Source of the DNA: Nageia nagi | Lineage: Eukaryota; Plantae; Pinophyta | Direction of reading: 5' to 3' | Assembly: GCA_050084985.1 (NCBI GenBank) | Contig: JBITNC010000001.1 | Location: forward strand, 184,636,001 to 184,700,000 | Length of the DNA: 64,000 nt | In this document: positions 24,401 to 35,999 of the stretch, piece after piece | How positions within the stretch are numbered: the first letter of the stretch is position 1 | Layout of the letters: each line of letters starts with the position of its first letter | Position numbers and translations under genes: made by a program | Notes under the pieces: model-generated | The model's input: only the letters and a program-made list of their open reading frames with translations | What the model was told of the DNA's origin: nothing | The model's database searches: none

Positions 24401-25997
24401 ATATTATAAAGGAAGCAAAAATGTAGTTGCTAATTTTTTGTCTAGAGAAGCCCTTCTCAGCTCTAAACTAGTTTCTCAACAAGGATCCAAAGTGTTGTAT
24501 ATACATTCTTGTAAATTTTTGTATGAAGAAACACATACCAAATAACTTTATCATGTTAATTTTGTTGAAAGTCATCAGATATGGTCTATCATAAATAGAC
24601 TAAAGCATACCAGAATGTAAGAATATTATATTGCTCAATGATGGGTTATGGATAATATGTTCATAAATATCACAAGACCTTCCATGACATATGATAGAAA
24701 TCTAGAATATCCTCATCTTCCTTATCTCATGCCTTTTATTTATGTGGAGAATAGAGGTCATAAATATATGTCTTCAAACACACTGTGTAAAGAAGAATAT
24801 TTTATCAAACAAAGAGCTCTAAATCATTTAATGAATTTATTTTGGCAATTTTTGGATCCACATGCAAACATTAGTGATCATTTCCCATTTCATTTGTGAC
24901 ATAGGGCACATAGTACAATTCCAAAATTCTACTCCAAGTACTTTAGGGTTTCCAAGAGATCTTGATGAATTCACTAGTGGATATCGAGAGCGGTTAGCCA
25001 CATGGCTTCCCAGTAGAATTACTTGGGATAATAAGATTTATTCTGATGATGGCCCTGATTATACATTTTCTCAAGAAGACATTGTTAGATTTTTTATTGA
25101 AAATCATATCCCTTGGGAAATCCATAACAAAATTGAGTTCACCAGATCTTTCTATTATCCACATAAAACTGACATTTATGCTAAGACTATTATTTGGTGG
25201 GATAATACATTCTCTAGAAAAAAACATTCATGATTGGTTTTATCATGGTGCCTCTATTCCATCTTGGTCTATTCCTGAATTCCATCCTGCACAAGTTCAC
25301 ACATGCAAATTCAGATGCCACCCAGTTATGGTGGTCAATGAACATCATGGAAACCATACACATGTCCAAGTTTGGACACTTGGATCTTCTCCCATTTCTA
25401 GAAGTTCAAATTATCCTCCACCATCTCTTGATAGTGATATTAACATACACTCAGAATAAAGGAAGACGTCATGGGCCCATAACCCATGTGTTCATATTCC
25501 TATTTTATCGAGGTGTGATAAGATGGTGGAGCCCATAATAGCTTCCCAAAGATGCTATGGGTGTTGGCATCCGCTAGTGGTATTTATCTTCCATGTGGAT
25601 AAAGTTACTTTATGTCACCTCCATCTACTGTTATTCTTATGGAGTATCTTTAATGATGGAGATATAGATCTAGCTTAGAGTAGATATAAACTGTCCATAA
25701 GGTTATAAATAAGAGAATGCATGAATTATTCGACATTTAATTGGAGTTGGCATTCAATTCACTAGAGGTTTAAGAGTTCTAGAGTAGTCTTAGGTTCAGC
25801 AGCATAGTAAGACCTATGAAACTCATGTTCGTAGTACACTACTATACTTACTTATAGGGTTGAGATTAGAAGCTATGACCAACTAAATCATTTGTAGTAT
25901 GTCAAGATTTAGAACAGTCTATTTTGAATGTATGTATATGTTATGGAAAAGTTTCAATATATGAAAAGCTTTCTTGCAAAACTTGGTTTATCTACAT
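21419..25997 (+). mobile_element. Endogenous Caulimoviridae (florendovirus/petuvirus-like) partial genome: CP C-terminus, aspartic protease, RT, RNase H, C-terminal domain, intergenic region
   Basis: CP basic region and knuckle CFNYGEKGHFNSSC (~21735-21776) with acidic tail; protease FLDTGATGS (~22658); DPQAFW..VSLP..PTKA linker; RT LVINYKPLNK, NVMPFSLKNAP, YIYDILIAS; RNase H EIDASNEG, IKGSKNVVANFLSRE; no integrase; movement protein absent; all frames decayed. Confidence 0.9.
25704..25711 (+). promoter_or_regulatory. Probable TATA box of the viral pregenomic promoter
   Basis: TATAAATA in the non-coding region after the last viral ORF, about 290 bp before the TGGTAT junction, the usual position in Caulimoviridae. 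Confidence 0.5.
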
Positions 25998-27898
25998 ATG
26001 GTATTTTTGGTGATTTACAGCAAGCCTCAAAGGGATTTTCTATCCTTCAACTCTTCTCCTAACCTTTTGACACTTCTAAGTAGTCTAAAACCTTCATATT
26101 CAGCTCTCGACTAAAATAAAGGGAACACTAACCTTTTTAAAGTTCAGGTTTAAATTACATCATCAAAACAAATTCAGACTTGTCTGTAAAGTAATCATAG
26201 ACTTCCACTGTCCATCTTTTTGATTGCTTGTCTATCAAAATACCAAAAACTCTGAACCCTCCTCACGTAACTAGCCTGCCTCTTTATATTTTATAGAGGT
26301 CTTATTTTAAACAACATTACAACAGTAATATCCCTTGACTCTATTTGGCCAATAGTAATTAAAGGTTGCTATTATCTATCCTGAATCACTATAGATCATG
26401 TTGTTTGAATGTCCTCATCTTATGGAGATCCTGAGCATAAATGGTTTTGGGATTTTATCTTCAAATTTTGCGCAAAGCCTTTACAATAGTCAACTTCAAA
26501 ATAGACAATTACCTCTGCGCATTGTCTCACATGATCTTGAACCAATCCTTTAAGGGATAACGAGTTGGAACAAATTCTATGAACTTATCATCATGATTAA
26601 TATGGGATGGAGAATAAAAATAGAATCATACAAATTTAAGATGGATGTTCACCATAAAATATATAGTCTACTATTAATGAGATGGTGGGTTTTACAAGTA
26701 GGTCTGGATGTCTCTCCATTTCAACTCTATCCATATGCAAAAGACTCTGCATACATGTCAGATACATTTTACATTATTGACTTATCTTCTATTGCTGACT
26801 GTGTTGGGATTAACGTTGTTGGTGGATAGTGTATTTGTGGGGTTTCCCGTAGATAATCACCATATATGTTGGCAAAGTCTAACGACTTAAATTGCCATCC
26901 CTTTACCTCCAATGCGCAAATAATCCTATCCCTCTTTACATTGCATAGTCTTTCAAGGTTGTGATTTATACTTGGCAACAAATAGTTGTGTCACTTGTAT
27001 TCGGATAGTTTTGACTCTTTTACTCATCGAATATAACATCCTACTCATTCGCTATGATGATGTTATAGTCACAACTTATCATGGTCACATTGGATCTTAT
27101 CTTCGCTATATTGGTAGACAATAAAGTATTTATTGGCTCTATTCGGAGATAACAACAAGCCACCAAAATGCGGATTCAATATGCATAACATTAACCTCAA
27201 CGTATTCCACATTGCTCCCCTCCATATTGGCATCAAATGATATTCCTTTAACTACTCTCGACATTGGCTAGGTTCCATTCTGCATAGCTGGAAATAGGTT
27301 TTGATTTTCCCATGTTTCTTGCATCCATTTTGATAAGGGATGAAGATTCCCTTGGTGCAGCATTTTTATTTCAAAAATAATAACTCATTCACTTAAATGA
27401 TCTTTACAATAATCATGCCCTTTCCCTCTCAGCTAGATAACTCCCTTCATGTGGAATCCGCTAGTAGTTTTACTGCCAATTCATATATTATACACCACTA
27501 ACAACTTCCAACTAGACATTGATGATTTTTATCTCATGGCGTACATGACTTAGGATGGATTGGCATATAATGGATGACTTCAATACACCCATTCAATGTC
27601 AATATAACACGGCTTGCATATATCATATTATTTAAACCCATATTTCTTTTGATCTCCATTAATAAAATATGAGACCATAATTAATTACCATGAAAAATAA
27701 TTTATTTTGATAATTTAAATAACAATCTTTAATTATTATTTTATGAAAATATGACTTCAAATCATAAAACTTTCTCATAATTAATTACTTTCATCATCAC
27801 CATGGAATCTTAGAGAAAATACCTTCGATTTCAGAAGAGATATTTTATTGAAGAGAGAGATTAACTTTCACTATTGAATGGATCCAAATTTTGAATCA
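25998..27898 (-). repeat. 3' LTR, right segment (R-U3)
   Basis: Aligns to 29843-31723; ends ccaaattttgaatca next to the PPT. Confidence 0.85.
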
Positions 27899-28099
27899 TA
27901 CCTCCCAAAGGAGAAATAGCTTTCATCTTGAAAGCATTCATACTTTAACACCATTTCTATAGGAGCATTATTGGTTCCATATTGCTACTCAAAAATGAGG
28001 TGAGGAGACTCTCCTCCTACCAAATTTGGCTGCCAAACCTTCTTCCCTCTACCACACGAAAGAAGCTTCAACCAAGGAACCTCCATATCTAACTTCCTA

Positions 28100-29560
28100 G
28101 AATTAATGTTTGTCTTCATCCACTACTCGGAGTGGAACTCTATCATAAAGTTGTACCTTGCCACTATAGTTCATCTTGAACCAATCACTAATCTCACATA
28201 ATATAACACATAATATTATGAATAGAAATATGAGGAATTCATATCCTTTATCAATCATGCTCAGGGAGTAACTTACCACTTTCAAGCACATATGACCCAT
28301 ATTGAAGGATCCTTGATTATCTGCAACCTTCTCCTTGCCCACCTTCTTCTGGATGAGGCTCTCAAGAAGAGGAATTTTATTCCAAATCTTATAGCATATT
28401 AAGAAACAAATATCATCCTTCATTAGTTCATAAATATTTCTTCATCAATGATACACAACATTGTGATCCCACAAATATAGATTCCCAAGAAGTAAACAAC
28501 CAACTTGAAGTGGAAGGACATCTACAATGACTTCATCAACAAAATCATTACTGATGAAAAACTTCACTTTACACTTTTGTGTAACCATAATCTCTCCCAT
28601 ACCCATAAAACATGAGTAGGATGTAGGATGTAGAGTTAGCTCTAATCCTAAGTCCTTGATAAGAATTACGACAATAAGGTTCGATTATGATCCAATATCG
28701 AATAAGGCAATGATTTTTATCTTATTCATATTCACTACTAGATGAAAAAGTTTCTCTCACTTGTTGGAAGACACTGGAGCTCTCACACCCATGAATGCAA
28801 GCTTCTTTGCACTCTTACCATCATTATTAGATGAAATCAAATGCTTCTCCATTGCTCTTCATTGGATATTATGACATGCTCTCAACACATTTCCCTTTTG
28901 TCTACATTACACATTGACTACTCTTTGCATATCAGGTTCTCTTTTTGATGTATCTCCCTCAACACCATGAGTAACAATAGATTCTAAACTCTTCTTTTCT
29001 TTGAGGTAAAACACACTCAAATCTTTGAGTTTAGACGATGTAGGAGATGAAAAGGGTGAAGTAGAAGGTGAAGTTGGTATAACACTCTTCTCCCTTCGAC
29101 GGTAAACATGCCCAACAAATCTATAAGATTTCCCTTTCAAAGAAGATGGCAATGAAAAAGGAGTCTCTTCTACATCCCTCAAATCATACATTTTCTTGGC
29201 TGGCTTACACCTCTGTTTGCAACACCTCTAGCAATTACACTTATGATGATCTTCTTTGCCACATAACTCATACACCAATCTTAATGTGGGTTTCTCTATA
29301 GAAGTACCATGAATAGGAGATGTCATCTCCATAGGCACAACAACATTCTTCCCTTTGGAATAAATCTCCATCATTTTGGGTGACACTAATGCAAATTGCT
29401 CACTCAAAACTGATTGGTTGATTTGAGCTTTAGCCATTGAAGATGTCCCCCCTTGAGTACTCGGCATGAACCTTATTTGAAGTTTACCAACAACCTTAAT
29501 CAAATCTATCACTTGGTTTTCCAACCATGTGATACGAGAATTATGATCATCAAAAGCCAT
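28100..29560 (-). pseudogene. Reduced gag (coiled N-terminus + zinc knuckle) and Gypsy aspartic protease
   Basis: YELCGKEDHHKCNC knuckle; protease ALFDIGS*SNLI ... FVDEVIVDVLPLQVGCLLLGNLYLWD (~28460-28710). Confidence 0.75.
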
Positions 29561-29644
29561 TAAGCAAGAATGGGTAAGCTACACAACTATCTTATAGAAA
29601 ATTCAGTTCCCTAACTGACGAAACTGTGCTCAGATACCAAAAAT

Positions 29645-31723
29645 TGATCCATAAACAAGAGTGGACTACCCCCTCTCTTAACAAATCAATTCACACTTAG
29701 ATAATTTGAAAATAAGTACTTACAAAATTGAAAAGTGTAAAGATTAAAAAAAATAATAATCACACAAAATTGAAAGAACTAAGCAAGATATCCTAGTTTG
29801 ACCCTCTTCAACCTACATCTAGAAAAATATTCCTTTTATTCAATGGTATTTTTGGTGATTTACAACAAGCCTCAAAGGACCCTTCTCTCCTTCAACTCTT
29901 CTGCTAACCTTTTGACACTTCTAAGCAATTTAAATCCTTCATACTCAACTCTCAGCTGAAATAAAGTAAACACTAGCCTTTTTAAAGTTCAAGTTTAAAC
30001 TACAGCATCAAGATAAATTCAGACTTGTCTGTAAAGTAATCACAGACTTCCATAGTCTATCTTTCTGATCACTTATCTGGCATAATAGCAAAAAAATCTG
30101 AACCCCCCTCATGCCAATAGCCTGCCTCTTTATTATATTTTACAGAGGTCTTCTTTTATGCGATGTTACAACAACAATATCCCTTGACTCTATTTGACCA
30201 ATAGCAATCAAAGATTGATATTGCCTATATTGAATCACTATAGATCATGTTGTTTGAATGTCCTCATCTTGTGGAGATTCTAGCATAAATGGTTCTGGGA
30301 TTTTATCTTCAAATTTTGCGCAAAGCCTTTACAACATTCAGCTTCAAAATAGACAGTTACCTCCGCACATTGTATCACACGATGTTGAACCAATCCTTTC
30401 AGGGATAATGAGTTGGAATAAATTCTACGAACCTATCATCATGATTAATATGGGATTTCGAGTAAAATTAGAACCATATGAATCTGAGATGGATGTTCAC
30501 CCCAAAATAGATTGGTAGCCTCAAATAGATGTATACTACTGATGAGATGATGGGTTTTACAACTAGGTCTGGACTTCTCTCTATTTTACCTCTATCCGGA
30601 TGTAGAAGACTCGGCATACATGTCATATATATTTTATATTATTGACTTGTCTTCCATTCCTGACTGTGCTGGGATTAACGTTGCTGGTGGCTAGTGTATT
30701 CATGGGGTTTCCCATAGATAATCAACATATATGCTGACAGAGTCTAACAACTTAAATCATCATCCCTTTACCTTCAATGCGCAGATAGTCCTCTACCCCT
30801 TCACATTACGTAGTATTTTAAGGTTGCGATCTATACTTGGTAAGAAATGATTGCCACAACTTATCATGTGCGTGCAGGATCTTATCTTCTCCACGTTGGC
30901 AGGCAAGAAAGCCTTTACTAGATCTATTCGGAGATAACAAGAAGCCTCCAAAATGTGGATTCCACATGCACATCATTAACCTCTATGTAGTCCATGTTTA
31001 TCCCCACCATATTGGAATAAAATGACGTCCCTCTAACTGCTCTCGACATTGGCTGGGTTCCATTCTACGTAGCTGGAAATAGGTTCTGATTTCCCAACTT
31101 TTCCTGCATCCATTATGAGAAGGGATGACGATTCCCTTGGCGTAACATTTTTATTCCCAAAATGACACTCGTTTACTTTAATGATCTTCAGAATAATCGT
31201 GCCTTTTATCTTTCATCTAGATAACTCCCTTCACGTGGAATCTGCTAGTAGTTTTGCTGCCAATTCACATATCCTACACCACTAACAGCTTCCAACTCGA
31301 CACTGACGACTTTTATCTCATGGCGTACATGAATTAGGATGAATTGGCATATAATGGATGCCTTCAATGCACGGGTTTAATGTCAATATAACACGGTCTG
31401 CATATATCATATTATTTAAACCCATGTTTCTTTTGACCGCCATTATTAAAATCTGAAACCATAATTAATTACCAAGAAAAAATAATTTACTTTGATAGTT
31501 TAAATAATAATATTTAATTGTTATTTTATGGAAATATGGTTTCAAATCACAAAACTTTCTTGACGATCATAATTAATTACCCTTGTCGCCACCATGTAAT
31601 CCTAGAGAAAATACATTCAATTTTCACAAGAGATAGTTTATTTAAGAGAGAGATTAACTTCACCATTAGTTTATTTAAGAGAGAGATTAACTTCACCATT
31701 AAACACATCCAAATTTTAGATCA
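29645..31723 (-). repeat. 5' LTR (2079 bp)
   Basis: TGA..TCA termini, adjacent PBS, TATA-like ~30130-30142 and AATAAA 29835-29840 on minus; small tandem duplication near 31635-31700. Confidence 0.85.
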
Positions 31724-31868
31724 AATGATAATAACTTCTTTGTGTTATTTCAATTTTAATCATATTTGTTAATACATTTATTATTTACTAATATTTATCA
31801 CTTGTTTACTTTCAATTGAACTTATAATTATCATAATATGTTTTAATAATTAATTATGTTGTATTACT

Positions 31869-33725
31869 GGGTGAGTGTATGAGGTGGTGAGAAGTCATGG
31901 GGGTGAGGGAAAAAGCTACAATAAGATACTAAGGTGTTTAGGTGTGGCCAGGATATACTGTTGTTGAAAGTCGTTACATCTCTCAGTAGGATGGGGTTTC
32001 ATTCCTAGCTCAACTCTTAGAAACTATGGGCATCAGCTATGGAGGTGCCCAAATAATCTTGGTGGAGCTTATTTTCTCAAGAAGCTATGGTTGATTTTGG
32101 ACCCCCATTGTAGGCAAAAAGACAAGAAGAAAAGATCCGCTTAAAAATCTCAAACTCTATCATCAATCAATCTATGGAAAGAGAAAAATTTATCCTAGTA
32201 GACTCCATAGAGCTCGTCCCAACATTGATTCGATTCGAAAATGGGTGAAACTAAAATGGAAAATCAAAGGACATGTTGGGGTAATCGCAAATTTCAATGA
32301 TTATTTCATGTTTATTTTTGATAATGCAAAAGATCAAGATTACATTTTGAGTGTACCCTAGTTCTTTGGAAAGAGAGGTTTATTCCTGGAGAAATGGTAA
32401 TTAGGTTTCAACCCTTCCAAGGCCAACATAATGAGAACCCCAATTTGGGTTACACTCTCACATTATCCCTTCGAGTTTTGGCACCAAAGAGTATTTGAAG
32501 CAATTGCAAGTTCCATTGGCAAATTTATTACAGTTGATGAAGTCGCAAATGCATGGACAAGATTCATAGAAGATAGATTTTGCATTTTTATTGAATTTGG
32601 AGTCAAGCTCCCAAAGACAAAAGTGCTCAAACATGATCTAAGTGAGTATATTTATGAACTACAATTTGAAAAGAATAATTTCTTATGTCCAATATGTAAC
32701 CGGGTTGGGCATAACATTAGTTCTTGTGCTACTTAAAAAATATGAAGATCAAAATTAAGGTAGGTTGAGCAGATTTTGAATATGGATAATGGCTCTCCAC
32801 AAATAGAAGTGGCCTCTAGCACCAATTAGTAGGATTCCAGTAATAAGAAGGTGGATTAGGCCCTAACTTGTATAATACAAAGACAAAGGAAAGGGCCTTT
32901 GACATAGCTTTTGCAAACCCAGGGAAATTTTAAAATCAGAATGGTTTAAATGGAAATGATATAATTAACAATAAAGAGACCAACATTGATAATGCATTGA
33001 TCTTGGATATAGGATCCCTAGTTTTGATCAATGTAGTTGATGAAAGGATCATGGGTGCATCGGATGTGGCTCCAGTGATTATGGAAAATGTCAATAATAA
33101 TGAGCCTAGTCCTAATTTAGTCACCATAAAATAAAATATTGAAAATATAGATCACATGAATGGCATCTTAGACTTGCAATCTCAGAATTATAGTTGGAAA
33201 GAGGTAAATCCCAAAAAGAGATGACAAAAGGATCAACTAGGATACTTATCTGATTATGATGATAACAAAAGCACTAGAGGTAACCATAGAATCCTAAGGA
33301 GTGCTTCAAAAAAGCTTGATGTTGGACAAAGACATGTTGGAAAACCAAGTGAAGGAGAGATTAGAGAAAAAGAAAATGCCAAAGAAGTTGCAGATGGCAA
33401 ACAATTAACAATAGATGGTTTCGAAAGGGAGTTCCTTCTAAAGCATGAAAGAAAATGAGGTTACTATAGTTGATATCTGGCTTCAACATTGCAGTTGGGG
33501 TGGTTGATTTACAATTGATTGAAAGGATTTCCATTAGCCATGTATAGAATTGGATTTAATTGTTGTAATTATGTAGGTTATTAAATGTATATCCTATTCT
33601 ATATAAAATAAATAGTGATAGGTTGTTGTCAATACTGTTAAAAATTTGTTATTACAGGTGTTAGGTACATGTATAAAAATCCCCTCAATTTACCAGGTGG
33701 TCTTTTTTGGGTCCCAACAAAAACA
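31869..33725 (+). mobile_element. ORF1-only L1-derived LINE (HAL1-like) with A-rich tail and 17-bp TSD
   Basis: DUF4283-type ORF1 (PIWVTLSHYPFEFW, IASSIGKFITVDE, knuckle CPICNRVGHNISSC) ending ~33448; no endonuclease or RT; tail aacaaaaacaa; direct repeat AATTA(T/G)GTTGTATTACT at 31852-31868 and 33726-33742. Confidence 0.75.
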
Positions 33726-35166
33726 AATTAGGTTGTATTACTTAATTAAATTTCACAATGTTCTAGTGAACTTGACTTAGTTAAGTCTTTTTGAAAGTAT
33801 AGATTAAGTTAACCCAATACATCTATAATAAATTCATCTGCAAGTCAACCCAAAATAATCAAAGAAAACTTGTTCATATTAAAAAAAAAAAAAGTGTGAA
33901 TGTAGACACTTACATTTTTTATTTATTTAAAAATTATATTTTAAGTATTTAGAAAAATAGATTAATTATTGCTATATTCTAGATATTTTTTTAAGATTTA
34001 TCATTTAAGAGTACATTACTTCATTATCTCATACATTTCTTTATTTTGTGGTGTAAGGTTCAAGGAGCATTAAGTAAGGTGCCTTGGCTAAGATAGAAGC
34101 TTACCTATAAAGAGATATAAATATGATCATGAGATACCTATTATCCCTTGATAGATCTCACTCTACATATTTTATGATTTTCATTACTAGATGTGAACCA
34201 TATCTATTAGTATTGGTGCCAAATATCATGATCCAAATTATCCATTCTTATTGTGCTTCATCACTTGATTTTTCTATTCTATTGTTAGAATAGGAATATT
34301 GGTAACCATGCCAAACTCCATGCTTTTATCAAAATTCAAATATTTAGAGACCCTTGTGCATTGGTGAACGAACTCAAAATTATAAGCCTATGCACCCACT
34401 TATAGGACTTGTTAACAACAACATCTTAAATTTCATGAGCAACTTGGTAATACTTGGTGAGATCTAATTTGAAGGTCAATTAGCTCAATAGATTTAGATT
34501 TGATAAAGAAAAGATCTTGATCTAATAGTTAAGTCATCATTGTTATATTGCTTATTTTTCTTTCCCTAGTTATTTTTATACTTAATTATCAAAATTTATA
34601 TTGCATTTTACATTATTTATTTATTATAAAAATATATGCTTTAATTGAATTAAATCAATTTAAGTATCTACAAATCGATGAACCCAACTTCTTGAGCTAG
34701 GTTACTATTATTGTATTCTATTTTTTATGACTTTTTTCTTACATAACCTAGTTTTTGGTTATTTAATTCAAGTATTTATAAATTATTATTAGATTTTTGG
34801 TTTTCATTTTTATTTCTTTTCCAAGACTTCTTATACAAAATCTAGTTATCAATTGTACTTTCATGAAAAGGAAAAAATCATTTCTAGGATTGCATTCTTT
34901 GTGCATAGTTTTTATAAAACCTTATATTTAAATCACGAGTTTTTTACTAAGCTTCATCTTAGGTATATTTTTATTAGTAGATAATATCATGGTCTAAGCT
35001 AACATGGATGAACAAAATTTATCAAATCCTAAGATGTCTTAATTTAGTAATAGAAAAAGATTAATTAAAAACTAATAAAAAATGCAAGAATGAAATAAAA
35101 ATACCAAAATGAAGGCTTAAATGAAAAAAGTGATGGACCTAACGAAGAATCATATCATGGAGATAT

Positions 35167-35874
35167 TGTAGATGCCTAAAAATGATTTATTATTTATCTA
35201 ATAAATCATATTTAGACTTCCTAAATGACTGATTACAATATTACAAATGTCAATATAAAGTTGACATTACAATGCAATTCCATGTGTTATATTAAATTTT
35301 GTATTGTTTACAATGGTTCATATTTTAAAGTATCTTGAATGCAACAAAGTTTATATTATTGCTAGAGGTCGGCCTTCACTCCTTTCTATATCTTTGCAGG
35401 CTATATATGAGAGTGGAATAGTATGACCTCTACAAATTATAACTCTTTGATATGATAAGATCTCTAATATGTGGTTGTCTATCGCAATATTCATTAAACA
35501 ATGATGTCTCTTGATGCCACCTATTATGAGAAATTGTTATAATTTGAGCTCTAAAAATTTCTATCTTTAATACACTATATAATTTTGCATATTCAATGCT
35601 GTTAACAATGTACATCTTAAGGATCGAGGGTTCCAAATTTTGATGGTCAAATTCATTAATTAATACATGTGAAGATCCATCATGAGCTCACCTCCAATCT
35701 AATCCTAATCCTATGAAGATTCATTTTTATTTGATTTTGAGGATTGCACATACACTTCATATCAAGTGCAAGCTTTTTATGTATATTTATCATATCTGAT
35801 AAATGGTACATATCTATCTCTTCTTATATTGTAGATCATTTATAAATTATATTTTACATAATTTAAGGTATTCA
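35167..35874 (+). repeat. 5' LTR
   Basis: tgtagatgcctaaaaat ... aggtattca; homologous to 50266-50984. Confidence 0.85.
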
Positions 35875-35999
35875 TTTTGGTGAACCCAACATTATTACAT
35901 ACCTAGATCTCATTTTAGGGAAACCGTTCTTAGAAATCATGAATTTATTCAAGTTGTTATCTCTTCCCTTACTCGAGGTGCTAATTAGAATAATGGTTT

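Larger units (their letters stand above)
20532..31723 (-). mobile_element. Non-autonomous Gypsy LTR element (zinc knuckle + protease, no RT/RH/INT) with a viral insert in its 3' LTR
   Basis: 5' LTR 29645-31723; Met PBS 29628-29639 (tggtatctgagc on minus); PPT 27899-27911; split 3' LTR 20532-21418 plus 25998-27898; TSD AATCA/AATGA (4 of 5). Confidence 0.85.

Noticed and set aside
21419-25997. Viral RT as the native pol of the surrounding Gypsy element
   Set aside because: Opposite strand, located inside the LTR, caulimovirid motifs and no integrase.
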